Positions 32,071 through 42,141 of a DNA stretch of 64,000 bases are shown one piece after another. Source of the stretch: Kiritimatiellia bacterium (GTDB taxonomy: Bacteria; Verrucomicrobiota; Kiritimatiellia; JAAZAB01); assembly GCA_040767085.1 (NCBI GenBank), contig JAXGPF010000007.1, positions 128,001 through 192,000 on the forward strand, in the 5' to 3' direction. The translations under genes and the position numbers were made by a program. Position 1 is the stretch's first letter; each line of letters begins with the position of its first letter. The notes beneath the pieces were generated by a model that saw nothing but the letters and a program-made list of their open reading frames with translations, was not told the DNA's origin and searched no databases.

Positions 32071-32379
32071 TCAAACGATTTTCGGCACTATGAATTGTTC
32101 GCCGTCATGGCGGGGAGCATTGGCCAGCACTTTTTCCCGCGGCAGTCCCGGGCGCGGCTCATCCAGCCGCAGCACGTTGCACCGGGGCATCGTCTGCGCC
32201 ATCGGCTCGACTTGGTCCACATTCAGTTCCGCCAGTTCGCGCATGTAGCCCACCACCCGGCCCAACTGCTGCTGGAACAGGCTGGTTTCCGCGGGCGTCA
32301 ACGCCAGGCGCGCCAGGCGCGCCACATACGGCACATCAATTGCATCCTGCCCTGCCGGGGCACTTCGGTCGGTTTGCAT
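32071..32379 (-). CDS. gatC: Asp/Glu-tRNA amidotransferase subunit C
   Basis: VARLARL...LANAP...FIVPKIV. Confidence 0.95.
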   Translation of the reverse strand: MQTDRSAPAGQDAIDVPYVARLARLALTPAETSLFQQQLGRVVGYMRELAELNVDQVEPMAQTMPRCNVLRLDEPRPGLPREKVLANAPRHDGEQFIVPKIV

Positions 32380-32386
32380 GCTTGAT

Positions 32387-32415
32387 TTAATAGCGTATCC
32401 GGGATGGTTTGTCAA
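32387..32415 (-). promoter_or_regulatory. sigma70 promoter of gatC
   Basis: TTGACA-N17-TATTAA, ending 7 nt before the ATG (possible leaderless mRNA). Confidence 0.65.
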
Positions 32416-32449
32416 TTGTCGCCTGCGCAAAAGCTGGGGGCCGTCACGA

Positions 32450-32561
32450 CTGCGTCATTCTCGGCGGCTCGCCCGGAGGTCTCGCCCTACCCACGACAAA
32501 TGCTTGTGAAACGGTAGGGCGAGGTCTCCGTACCGAGCCGTCTGTTCTGAGAATGACGCAG
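32450..32561. repeat. GTAG-type REP doublet inside a larger inverted repeat
   Basis: CTGCGTCATTCTC/GAGAATGACGCAG enclosing CTCGCCCTACC/GGTAGGGCGAG. Confidence 0.75.
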
Positions 32562-32605
32562 CCCTCTGTAGGGACCGGCAGTTTTTCACCGGCAATATGA
32601 CTTTC

Positions 32606-32782
32606 GACTCTCCGATAAACACGGCGTTAAGTGCCCGGCGCATTTCCGCCTGCTCCGCCCAGGGCCTCCGGGGATTGGTATGCACTGCGAAAAAGCCGTG
32701 TCGGGGCAGTTGGGCCGCACGTCCAGCACGACCGTCTCCGAACCGTCGCAGGTAAGATCCTGGGCGCAGGGGTGACGGATGC
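32606..32782 (+). ncRNA. Candidate structured RNA (unclassified)
   Basis: Nested stems CGCCCAGG/CCTGGGCG, CTGCGA/TCGCAG, TCGGGG/CTCCGA; G-U wobbles favour the plus strand. Confidence 0.3.
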
Positions 32783-32802
32783 AAATCGCCGCATCCGCCG
32801 GA

Positions 32803-33546
32803 TCAACCCAGCGCGCGGATTTCCCCGGGCGTCAATTCCCGCCAGCGCCCCGGATGCAAGCCCAGCAAAGTCAAGCCGCCGATCCCGGTGCGGACCAGCC
32901 GATGCACCCGCAATCCCGCCCGTTCGCACAGGCGGCGCACCTGGCGGTTGCGCCCTTCGGCCAACCGGAATTCCAGCATAATCCGTCCCGCCACGGCGCC
33001 GGCGCGCAATACTGCCACGGCCGCCGGCCGCGTGGTATAGCCATCCTCCATGGTCAATGGCTCCCGCAAGCTTTGCAGGACGCGGGGATTGACAGGGCCG
33101 CTGACGGCCACCTGGTAGGTTTTAACGCAGCCGTAACGGGGATGCATCAACCGCTGCAGCAACGCGCCGTCATTGGCGAGCAAAACCAATCCTTCACTGT
33201 CCTTGTCCAGACGCCCGGCCATCCGCAAGGCGCGGTCGGCGGCCGGCAACAGGTCGTAAACCGTACGGCCGGCGGCGGCCGTGCACTGGTATCCCCGGGG
33301 CTTATAAAGCAGCACCGCGCGGCCAGGCGGAGCGGCGGGGGCGACCGGCCGGCCGTCCAGCAGCACGCGGTCGGACGCCGGCGTCACCGATTCGCCGAGC
33401 ATTGCCGGACGGCCGTTGACCTGCACCCGGCCGGCGCGAATCAACTCTTCGCAGGCGCGGCGCGAGCCTGCGCCGCGCGCGGCCAGAAATTTCTGCAGCC
33501 GCATGGGGCCGTCGGGAACATGAGAGGGAAAGGGTACGCCCTTCAT
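32803..33546 (-). CDS. RsuA/RluB-family pseudouridine synthase
   Basis: MRLQKFLA S4 domain, [19 protein letters not shown]; start 33546 (overlaps thiG stop) or 33504. Confidence 0.92.
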   Translation of the reverse strand: MKGVPFPSHVPDGPMRLQKFLAARGAGSRRACEELIRAGRVQVNGRPAMLGESVTPASDRVLLDGRPVAPAAPPGRAVLLYKPRGYQCTAAAGRTVYDLLPAADRALRMAGRLDKDSEGLVLLANDGALLQRLMHPRYGCVKTYQVAVSGPVNPRVLQSLREPLTMEDGYTTRPAAVAVLRAGAVAGRIMLEFRLAEGRNRQVRRLCERAGLRVHRLVRTGIGGLTLLGLHPGRWRELTPGEIRALG

Positions 33547-34319
33547 AAAAACGATGTCAGGGGACTGGATGGTTCCGGAGTATCGCCGGCGGACATCAGG
33601 CCCGCCCGGCGGGCCTGGCGGCCGGCGCGCACCGCCTGCGCAAAAGCCGCAGCCATGGCCGGGGGATCGTCCGCCGCGGCGATGGCGCTGTTGACCAGCA
33701 CGGCGTCGCAACCCATTTCCATGGCCGCCGCCGCCTCGGACGGGGCGCGCAAACCGGCATCCACGATGACCGGCACACGGCTGTACCGCAGGATGACTTC
33801 CAGCATGCCGCGCGTCGCCAAGCCCTGCCCCGTGCCGATGCCGGCGCCGAGCGGCATGACGGAAACACAACCAACCTCCTCCAGGCGCTTGGCCAGCACC
33901 GGATCGGCCGGAATATAAGGCATGACCATAAATCCATCCCGCGCCAGACGCCGGGCAGCCTCGTAAGTTTCCAGGGGATCGGGCATTAAATGCTGGGGAT
34001 TGGGGTGGATTTCGAGCTTGATCAAGGCGCTGCCGCTGATCTCCCGCGCCAGGTGGGCGGCCCGGACGGCCTCCTCGGCGTTGCAGGCGCCGGAAGTGTT
34101 GGGCATGAGCACCAGGCCCGGCTGAGCCGCCAACGGCGCCAGCAAGTCCTCTTCCGGGCGTGCGCGATTGAAACGGCGGAGCGCGACCGTCACGATCTGC
34201 GCCCCGGCGGCCTGGACCGACGCCACCATCACCGCCGGGTTGGAAAACTTGCCGGTGCCCATCAGCAGGCGCGTAGAAAATCGGTAATCGCCGATTTGAA
34301 GAAAGTCATTCTCGGACAT
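33543..34319 (-). CDS. thiG: Thiazole synthase
   Basis: [34 protein letters not shown]. Confidence 0.95.
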   Translation of the reverse strand: MSENDFLQIGDYRFSTRLLMGTGKFSNPAVMVASVQAAGAQIVTVALRRFNRARPEEDLLAPLAAQPGLVLMPNTSGACNAEEAVRAAHLAREISGSALIKLEIHPNPQHLMPDPLETYEAARRLARDGFMVMPYIPADPVLAKRLEEVGCVSVMPLGAGIGTGQGLATRGMLEVILRYSRVPVIVDAGLRAPSEAAAAMEMGCDAVLVNSAIAAADDPPAMAAAFAQAVRAGRQARRAGLMSAGDTPEPSSPLTSFL

Positions 34320-34335
34320 GTGCAAATTCAAGGAC

Positions 34336-34821
34336 TCAACCGACAACCTGTGTCTCGCCGGCTTTATCTTCCTCCATGCTGGCCAAAGTCTCCTCAACCT
34401 GTTCCAGAGCGGTCCGGATCTCGGTCAACTGGCGCCTGATCGCCTGCAGGCCGGGCGCGGTTTTGGCGTGCAGGCGTTCCAGGTGCGCGCGCCGCGCATG
34501 CAATTCCTGGGTTTCCAGCACCAGGTTGCGCACTTTTTCCTGCAACTCCGGCGGCAAGTCGTCCAGGTCTAAAACATCCGGCGCCGACTCCTCGGCCACC
34601 CCGGTCAAGTCCGCGGTGATGCTCTTGTCAATTTCCGCCAAATCCACGTCCTCGGGAATCGGCACCTGCAACTCGGCGTTGCAATCCGGGCAGCGGATGG
34701 TCAAACCGGCGCCGCGGCGGTCAATGACCAGGCTTTTGCCGCAGTTGCCGCATTCGAACAGGATGTCATCGGCCTTGATTTCGCCTGCTCCCGCCACGTT
34801 CGCAATGATATCGTCCGGCAT
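34336..34821 (-). CDS. Hypothetical zinc-ribbon plus coiled-coil protein
   Basis: CGNCGK...CPDC, then an acidic linker and heptads. Confidence 0.7.
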   Translation of the reverse strand: MPDDIIANVAGAGEIKADDILFECGNCGKSLVIDRRGAGLTIRCPDCNAELQVPIPEDVDLAEIDKSITADLTGVAEESAPDVLDLDDLPPELQEKVRNLVLETQELHARRAHLERLHAKTAPGLQAIRRQLTEIRTALEQVEETLASMEEDKAGETQVVG

Positions 34822-34946
34822 ATGCGCCTCCGCCGATTTTTTGTTTAACTGAAAGAACTGAAAGTGTTTTAACTATCTGCATTTTATCCGCGGTATCCGC
34901 TAAAGCAAGTATTTTGTTCGCGGAGTAGCCGTGCTGCAATTTTTGA

Positions 34947-34974
34947 TTGACCCGCGCGCGGTATTGGGTAGAAT
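34947..34974 (+). promoter_or_regulatory. sigma70-like promoter of tRNA-Cys
   Basis: TTGACC-N16-TAGAAT. Confidence 0.5.
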
Positions 34975-35003
34975 AATGCGCCGTAAGCCGGCTTTCGGCA
35001 AAG

Positions 35004-35077
35004 GGCGCGATAGCCAAGTGGTTAGGCACGGGTCTGCAAAACCTGTTACGCCGGTTCAATTCCGGCTCGCGCCTCCA
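35004..35077 (+). tRNA. tRNA-Cys(GCA)
   Basis: GGCGCGATAGCCAAGTGGTTAGGCACGGGTCTGCAAAACCTGTTACGCCGGTTCAATTCCGGCTCGCGCCTCCA; U73 discriminator. Confidence 0.95.
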
Positions 35078-35106
35078 TCCCAGATACCCATGCCGGCCAA
35101 TTACGG

Positions 35107-36546
35107 TCATGGCGTCGCAGCCGGCGCCCCCGACTTGATCTGCGCCGGCTTGTAAGTCCAACTCTGGCGGCGGCAGGCGCCGCATACCGCGCGGCCGGTA
35201 AATCCTTCCGGATAGGAACGCCTGGTAAAGGTTTCTTCGGCGAAATAGGGATGGGCGGCCATGCGCGGCAACAGCGGCGCGGCGGCTTCCGCGCGGCCGG
35301 GCCAATCCGCCCCTGCCCGGCCTTGCCGCGCCGCTTCTATCCAGGCGGCGCCCGCCTGGATGAAACCGCCGGGCGGCAGCGCCGCGCCGGCCAGGTCCAC
35401 CGACGCCGGCAGGCGCCGGTAATAATCCAGTTCGCGGTTGACGCGCCGCGCCGCCTCCAGGAGCCGGGCGGCGGAAAATGCGGCCGGCCCGGCCGGCGCC
35501 GGGTCTTCCACCGGCCCCAGCAAATCGCGCCAGGGCGCCTCCTCCGGCAGGATTTGGCGGGCCACGTAATAATCCATCACATACGCCAGCAAGCCGAAGA
35601 TTTCCGCGGGCGAATAATAGACGCCGCCGGCCGGATGATATGTCAAATCGCCGGCAGCGGCGGATGCCAGCGCGGCAACGTCTTGTAAACCGACGAATCT
35701 GGGAGGCCTCCGCCGGTATTGTTCCATCATGTCGGAAGTGCGCAAAAATTCCACCGCCGGCTTGGCCAGCGCGTAATCCAGGAATTGCTCGAAATCGGCG
35801 AATAATTTTTCGGTAATCCCGCGGTCATACATGCCGGCCAGGGGGATTTGCCAGGGAGCATGGATATCGCAGCGCCGGTAAAGCTGATTGGCGGAGGTCC
35901 ACGTTTCGATACTGTTGTTGTACAGGAACTTATACGGATGGTTAAACAGCTTGACCACCCCGCCGCAAGCGCCGGCGGCGGCCTGGGCGTAGAGCGGCTC
36001 GAACACTTCCTGAAAAGCCTGCAGGCGGCCCGGCGCCCAGGGCTTTTCCAAGTCCATGTACGGGGCGCTGAAACACAGCGAGCCGCAGTACCACGAGAAA
36101 GGAGCATTCTCGCTTGACGGCACACCGGAAAACCCGAGCAGATCGATCCCCAATCCCTTGATGGCGTAAATGAGTTGCGGCACCTTGACGAATTCCAGGA
36201 CGTAATACGCCGGCTTCCGGTCGAAAATATCGGCGAGGTCCATGATTCCCCGCGCCTCGGTGGCCATCAGCGCGGCCACGGCATCGTCCCAGGCACGTTC
36301 CTCGCAGATGCCGGCGAGGAAAGGCATCGCGCCATGGGTATTGCCGTGATAACCGATTTCATGGTCGCGCAGGGCGTTGATCACGTCCACCCGCCGGCGT
36401 TCGCGCAGTTTCCGGGCGTAGTCGCCGGTCAGGTGGAAACTGCCGGCGATCCCGCGCCGGCGCAGGATGGAGGCCAGCCGCAAAATGACGTCGTCATGTT
36501 CCGGCGTAACGAATTCCTCGGTGGCAAATGATATGATAATTTTCAT
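35107..36546 (-). CDS. Polysaccharide deacetylase-like protein
   Basis: [22 protein letters not shown] NodB-like motifs. Confidence 0.65.
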   Translation of the reverse strand: MKIIISFATEEFVTPEHDDVILRLASILRRRGIAGSFHLTGDYARKLRERRRVDVINALRDHEIGYHGNTHGAMPFLAGICEERAWDDAVAALMATEARGIMDLADIFDRKPAYYVLEFVKVPQLIYAIKGLGIDLLGFSGVPSSENAPFSWYCGSLCFSAPYMDLEKPWAPGRLQAFQEVFEPLYAQAAAGACGGVVKLFNHPYKFLYNNSIETWTSANQLYRRCDIHAPWQIPLAGMYDRGITEKLFADFEQFLDYALAKPAVEFLRTSDMMEQYRRRPPRFVGLQDVAALASAAAGDLTYHPAGGVYYSPAEIFGLLAYVMDYYVARQILPEEAPWRDLLGPVEDPAPAGPAAFSAARLLEAARRVNRELDYYRRLPASVDLAGAALPPGGFIQAGAAWIEAARQGRAGADWPGRAEAAAPLLPRMAAHPYFAEETFTRRSYPEGFTGRAVCGACRRQSWTYKPAQIKSGAPAATP

Positions 36547-39500
36547 TCCTGGCAGGGCTCCAGAGTTATGGTTTGGTTATTTCCATTGCGGCCGTCGAAC
36601 GCGCCGTCGAAATGGAAGATCGCGCGGGTATTGCCGTCCACGGCGAACGGCGCATCCGGCGGAGTGAAATCTTCCGTGTAACGCAGGCCGTCCGATATCC
36701 GCAATTCGTCAATCACACCCTTGGCGGCGCCGCGCAATTTAATGCGGTCAGCGACCCCAGCAAGGTCGTAATCCAGGGCAAACTCCTGGCCCAGGTGCAG
36801 ATAAATCGGCCATCCCTGGTTCAACTGCACACGCTGGTGTTGTTTGCCGTTGACATAGACCCAGAAGGTTTCGGAGGAGGCCCCGCGCCGGTAATCGTCG
36901 CGTTTGTATTTTGCCGCCAGATTTTCCGGCGACGTGATGGACACATCCCAGGCCAGGGCGATGTGAAGCCATTGATGCCGGCGGGGATAAATCCGCGCCT
37001 GGTTGCCGAAATGCTTGTAGCGGCCGGGGCTTTTCTCGAATTTCACGGTTTTGCCGCAGTAGAATACCAGGGCATTCTGGGGGTAATCCTCGTAAGGCGC
37101 CTGGCCGTACATGTAAACCGCACTTAAATCACCGGCCTCCAGGATCGCATGGCTGTAACGCCGGTTGGCGGGCACAACTAATTCCAGGGCATCCCAATCC
37201 GGCCGGTAAAAGAACTCGATGGTGCCGGCGCGCCCGGGGAAATTCTCGTAACCCCCTGCCAGGCTGCCGGCGCCGCGCAGAAAGGCGTAGTCCATGCGTC
37301 CGGCCAGTGCCAATCCCTGTCCGAACCGGCCCGGCGCGAAGGGCGGTTCTGCCGCCGTATTAACCGCCGGAATTGCAGCCGGCACGGCGGAGGCCGGCAT
37401 GGATTTTGACGGCACAAACAAAGCCGCCGGGGCGAGATAGGTTACATACGGCGGGAGATTGATGAACTTGACCAGCGCGGGGAAGTCGGACTCGATTTTC
37501 CAGGGCCCGGGGTGGCGGCCGGCGGCGGGCAAAGTTAATTCGCCGCAGGATTTTCCGGTTTGGTCCGCCACCGGTTGACCGCCGGCGTCGGTAATCCGCA
37601 CCGGGCTGCCGGCGAAAAGTTTGACCTCCGCCAGGGACGCATCCACCGCAAAATAAAACGCGCCCGGCGCTTCCAGGCCGGCCTTGCCGAGCCAGAAACC
37701 GTCCGGGCATTCCAGCACGACCTGCGCGGCATCGGTGTGGCTGATGGCAAATCCGGCCGGGCCGGCAGGATTGTCCAGTCCCAGGCGGTAATCCCCGGCC
37801 GGCAATCCGGCTGGCAGCTCGATCCGGGCGTAAAATGTTTTCAAGCCATAGGCGAATGGATCGGGTATGCCCTGCTGGCTGGCCGGCATATCAAACGGCG
37901 CAGGCTGCAAATCCGGCCCCAGGACGCGCAACTTCAGTTCTTCGGACTGGGCCACATGGAACACGCCTTCGATCCGCAGCGGCCGGCCGGGCAGTTTGCG
38001 CACCACCACCCAGGCATTGGACGGGGCGTCATGATACTTACGCAGGGCGGGGAACGGCGCCGCAGCTGGCGCCGCCGTTTCCGCCAGCGCCTTTAAGATC
38101 ACCGGCGTGCTCAGGCAGGCGTGATAATTGAAATGCGTGGCATACCGGATCATTTTGTTCGCGCGGGTTTCGGGCGGCAAGGCCAGGTCTTCCGCCAGGG
38201 TGGACTGGAAATCACGCATGGCCATGCGGTTGGACAGGAAGGCGATCTTGAGGTATTTTTCGTCGCCGGTCAGCCAATAGCCGACCACATTCTCCCACCC
38301 CACCGTGCTCTGGTATTCGAACGGCGGCGACTGCTGCAGGAAACGGAATTTATACTCGATGATTTTTTCCATGCCCTGCCTGGCGCGGACATCGCCCGTC
38401 AGGCGATAATAGTCGTACAGGGCGACCAGGTTGCGCCCGGTTTTATACAGGGGCGAGGGCGACATCGCCTCGTAAATGCCGCAGGGACTGTCCAGATCGA
38501 CGAACTGATGCGCCAGCGACCGCGCCATCTCCCCCAGCACCGGATCCCAGTCCATGGAATAAAGGGCGGTAATATAGCGCAAATCCACCACGCCGCGATG
38601 CGGCGCCGGCGTCTGGAGGAAATCGTGTTTTTTCAGGGCCGCCGCATGCATCTCCGCCAGTTCCAGCGTCTCCCAGTCGCCGGAAAAATAAAAATGGTAC
38701 AGGTGATTGAACATATCCACCCCCGAACCGCCGGAGACCTTGCCGCTGCTCCAGCCCCAATAGAAGGGCAGGTCGTCAAAGGGCCGGCCTTTCAGGTCCA
38801 GGTCCCGGGAAATCACGGCCGAGGCGAATCCGCCCTTGACCTTGCGGGTAACGGCCTTGAATTCCGGCCATTGGGAAGATTCCGACAAACCGGCCTGCCC
38901 GGCCGTATCCCAGTGGTGCATGACCATATCGCCGGCAAACCGGTTGAACCGCTCGCCGTATTCGAAATACTTGCGTTCGCCGCTGCGCGCGTAGAGACTC
39001 CAGACATTGCGCCGCAGGTGGTAATCAATCAATCCGTTGCACCGGAACCAGCCCGGGCCCGTGACATTCGGGCAGCGGCCGCAGGCGATATAACCGGTTT
39101 GGGGAAAAACGACCTCGCCGTAGATGATGCGGTCGAAAAAGTCGGAGATATAGGCTTCTTCGCGCGGGAAACGCCGGACATCTTTGGGCAGCATCGGCGC
39201 GCCCAGGACGCCGGCGCGGCAAGTCCATTGCGGATCGGGCAAGGCCAGCACGCGCCGCGCAGCAGCAGCCGCATACTTGGCGCGGGCCGCGGTCGGAGTT
39301 CCGCCTTCAAACGTCAACAGCCACAGGGTATGGGTTTTGGCGGAGGCCGCGGCATCGCTGTAGATTTCCGCAAGCTGCTCCGGGGTAATCGCCGCATTTT
39401 TGCACCACTCGCCCCAGTATTCCCGCACCAGGGTGGCGGCGCGGAAATCCAGTTCGCGCCCGGAGCGGCCGGCCCAGAGATGCGCGGTGATGCCGTCCGG

Positions 39501-40574
39501 GGTGACGGTAAACTCCTTGGGGAACTGGCGCGCAAAATCGCGCAGGGTCACGCGCAAGCCGCCGGCGTCTCCGTCCAGGCCGCACCAATCGCCGCAGGCC
39601 GCGCCGCTGGCAAGTTCGCGTTCAGCGCCGCCGGCTCGCAGCGTCAGCGCGAAATGCGAGTTCGTGGCCAGGAAATGGGGATAATCGTCCTGGAGCATCC
39701 AGGCTGCGTTCCCCGGCTGCAAAGGCGCTTCCGCCGGCGGAGCGGCGCCATCCGCGGCCGTCTCGAACACCGCCTGGCGGCCCTGGAAACCGGCGGGGAA
39801 TTCCAGGCCGATGTCCTTGAACCAGATGCGGTTGGTGTTTTCAGTCAGCACCAGGCGGTGCACCAGTTTGACGAATGGTGAGCCCCCGAAAAAGTGCAGC
39901 CAGACGATGCCGCGCGCGACGCGTTCGCCGTCTTCGGCGACGTACCAACCCTCGCGCCGCACCACCGTCCAAAGCGGATCCTGCACCTTGAACGAAGATT
40001 GCATTTCGCTTTGCGGGCCGCCCAGGCGCGCCCGCCGCCCATGCTGGTCCACCGTGTACGCGCCGCGGCCGCCCTGCTGGACCAGGGCGGCGCCGGGCGC
40101 CGATTTGAAATGCATCTCCGCAATCAACGGCTCGTCATCCAAAAGCAGGAAGCGCGCCGGACCCGTGTCAATCACCAGCCGGCCGGCGGTTTTTTCAACC
40201 GTGATGCCGGGCGGCGTTGCAGCGGCCGGGCCGCCGCCGGTCAAAAAATATTGCCCGGCCGGACTGGCATTGAAGTTCAGCAACAGCCAGCGGATACTCC
40301 GGTCGGCCAGCCAGGTCGCGGCAGGGGTGGCCTGGAATGGCACCGGCTGCCCTGCGGCGTCTTCTACGCGCAAGCCGGCGGCATCCTGAAGCATACCCTG
40401 GGGGAACGGGACGCCGCAAACCATCGGCCAATCCCGGTCCAGACCGGAAGGATTGTCAATTTGGATGGGGATTTTCCGGTCCAGGTCCGCCAGGACGCCC
40501 TGGGCCAGGCTCAACACGAGAACTTCCGCCAGCCGTCCAAGGCGGCCCGTCAAAAGATGTCGGCACGCCCGCAT
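36543..40574 (-). CDS. Large secreted glycan-active protein (YetA/PL26-like N-terminus, LamG-like C-terminus)
   Basis: Signal-like N-terminus, [13 protein letters not shown]-terminal [10 protein letters not shown]...FHFD. Confidence 0.55.
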   Translation of the reverse strand: MRACRHLLTGRLGRLAEVLVLSLAQGVLADLDRKIPIQIDNPSGLDRDWPMVCGVPFPQGMLQDAAGLRVEDAAGQPVPFQATPAATWLADRSIRWLLLNFNASPAGQYFLTGGGPAAATPPGITVEKTAGRLVIDTGPARFLLLDDEPLIAEMHFKSAPGAALVQQGGRGAYTVDQHGRRARLGGPQSEMQSSFKVQDPLWTVVRREGWYVAEDGERVARGIVWLHFFGGSPFVKLVHRLVLTENTNRIWFKDIGLEFPAGFQGRQAVFETAADGAAPPAEAPLQPGNAAWMLQDDYPHFLATNSHFALTLRAGGAERELASGAACGDWCGLDGDAGGLRVTLRDFARQFPKEFTVTPDGITAHLWAGRSGRELDFRAATLVREYWGEWCKNAAITPEQLAEIYSDAAASAKTHTLWLLTFEGGTPTAARAKYAAAAARRVLALPDPQWTCRAGVLGAPMLPKDVRRFPREEAYISDFFDRIIYGEVVFPQTGYIACGRCPNVTGPGWFRCNGLIDYHLRRNVWSLYARSGERKYFEYGERFNRFAGDMVMHHWDTAGQAGLSESSQWPEFKAVTRKVKGGFASAVISRDLDLKGRPFDDLPFYWGWSSGKVSGGSGVDMFNHLYHFYFSGDWETLELAEMHAAALKKHDFLQTPAPHRGVVDLRYITALYSMDWDPVLGEMARSLAHQFVDLDSPCGIYEAMSPSPLYKTGRNLVALYDYYRLTGDVRARQGMEKIIEYKFRFLQQSPPFEYQSTVGWENVVGYWLTGDEKYLKIAFLSNRMAMRDFQSTLAEDLALPPETRANKMIRYATHFNYHACLSTPVILKALAETAAPAAAPFPALRKYHDAPSNAWVVVRKLPGRPLRIEGVFHVAQSEELKLRVLGPDLQPAPFDMPASQQGIPDPFAYGLKTFYARIELPAGLPAGDYRLGLDNPAGPAGFAISHTDAAQVVLECPDGFWLGKAGLEAPGAFYFAVDASLAEVKLFAGSPVRITDAGGQPVADQTGKSCGELTLPAAGRHPGPWKIESDFPALVKFINLPPYVTYLAPAALFVPSKSMPASAVPAAIPAVNTAAEPPFAPGRFGQGLALAGRMDYAFLRGAGSLAGGYENFPGRAGTIEFFYRPDWDALELVVPANRRYSHAILEAGDLSAVYMYGQAPYEDYPQNALVFYCGKTVKFEKSPGRYKHFGNQARIYPRRHQWLHIALAWDVSITSPENLAAKYKRDDYRRGASSETFWVYVNGKQHQRVQLNQGWPIYLHLGQEFALDYDLAGVADRIKLRGAAKGVIDELRISDGLRYTEDFTPPDAPFAVDGNTRAIFHFDGAFDGRNGNNQTITLEPCQE

Positions 40575-40585
40575 CGCACAACTCC

Positions 40586-41569
40586 TTAAAAATGGTCCAT
40601 ATCCCAGAAAACATAGTTTGAGGCGCGCAGCCGGGCAAGCAGGGCGTCCGTCGTGCGCGGTTCAAGCTTGTTGGAAATCAACTTGAACAATCCGCAGTAC
40701 AAGGCGTCCTTCCGGACAAAATATTTCTGCCGGCGCATTTCATCCAGGGTCGGCGGCACGGAACGCTCGGCGATATAATCGAACAATTCCGGGAGGAAAA
40801 ACTTGAACTTGAGTTCCGGGCCGGTCCGCTCGGCGAAGATGGCGCGCGCCACTGCCGCCATGGAATCCGGCTGCCCGGGGTCCCACCCCATTTCGCAGAC
40901 TTCATCCGCGCCTTTCCAGACGAAATACCCGGACGGGCGGTCTCCGCCGCCGACAATCCGCAGCCGGTAATACCTTTTCTGGCGGATTTTCAAGGCGATC
41001 CACCGCCGCCAGTATTCCGGCGCGCGCTGGAACGGGCCGTTCAACCAGGCGCTCGTTGCCTCATGCATGCGCGCCAGCCAGTCGGCGTCGCGCACCGGGT
41101 CGCCCTCCCGCGCCGTGGGCGGCGCGCCCGCGGCGAGGGCAAAATTCGTCGCCATGCCGAACGCGCTCAAGGTCTGCCAGCCGCTCTTCCCATAAATCGC
41201 CGGCTCGCCGAACAGCAGCGAGACGTCGAAGCCGCATTCCCGCATGCGCTGGGTGGAATCCTCCAGCAATTGCCTGGCATACCCCCGGCCGCGGTATTCG
41301 GGAGCCGTGCAGACGCCGCCGATCGCGCCCACGCGCAGTGTCCGCCCGTTGAAAAACATCCGGCGGTCGTAAATGCCGATGCGCGCCGCCAGTTTACCAT
41401 CCACTTCCAGCACGCGGTTCAAGTCCAGGTCAAAATACGGATCGGACTCAACGACGGCCTTGTAAGACGCGCGCAACGTCTGCTGGCCGGCGCCTTCCTT
41501 CCAATAGGAAACCGCCAGCAGATCATACAAGGCGTCCAGTTCACCAACCCGCAAACTTCTGATTTTCAA
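40586..41569 (-). CDS. GNAT acetyltransferase (Eis-like)
   Basis: [26 protein letters not shown] start with AGAGGA RBS. Confidence 0.85.
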   Translation of the reverse strand: MKIRSLRVGELDALYDLLAVSYWKEGAGQQTLRASYKAVVESDPYFDLDLNRVLEVDGKLAARIGIYDRRMFFNGRTLRVGAIGGVCTAPEYRGRGYARQLLEDSTQRMRECGFDVSLLFGEPAIYGKSGWQTLSAFGMATNFALAAGAPPTAREGDPVRDADWLARMHEATSAWLNGPFQRAPEYWRRWIALKIRQKRYYRLRIVGGGDRPSGYFVWKGADEVCEMGWDPGQPDSMAAVARAIFAERTGPELKFKFFLPELFDYIAERSVPPTLDEMRRQKYFVRKDALYCGLFKLISNKLEPRTTDALLARLRASNYVFWDMDHF

Positions 41570-41917
41570 TGTAATTCCTCTTGGATAATGTTTGATACCG
41601 GACCAGCGGGCCGCAGCGGGTGCCGCCCACGGAGATGAATTCACCGGTCAGCACAATGTCGCGCCAGCCGGGATCGCCCGCGTAGATGACGACATTGTCC
41701 CAGGCCTCCGGCTGTTCCAGCCAGAATTTGCCGGCGGCCTTGACCCGGCGCCACGGCAGCGGCGAGACCCGGTGGTTTGGCAGGCGCGGCTTTTCCACGA
41801 GTAGCGATGCGAAGACTGCGTCCACTTGCCGCAGCGCTGATCCCGCAGGCCGCATTTGATGATTTTGCCCGCCGGCACATCCGCGCAATCGTCCTGAAAT
41901 ACGGTTTTATATTGCAT
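41570..41917 (-). pseudogene. Frameshifted, truncated gene remnant
   Basis: MQYKTVFQDD... in one frame continues as WLEQP...AGDPGWRDIVL...CGPLVRYQT in another. Confidence 0.45.
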
Positions 41918-42141
41918 GTTGCCTGAATTTTACGCGATTTTGGCGCGGGGCAAAATCCCGGTGTTATGGTTCCCGCCAATGTCTGAAAATTATTCCATCA
42001 GGTTGCCCATGCATTGATGGGCGACGGCACCGTCGTGCGCCACTGCCAGGCTGCCGATCATCCATGCCAGCAAAAACTGAATCTCCGCATGGCGCTCCCT
42101 CCTGTAATTTCCGTAAGTTCAAGCATAACCGGCCGGCGCCG

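Noticed and set aside
34320-34930. TPP riboswitch upstream of thiG
   Set aside because: No GCTGAGA/CCTGA core found.
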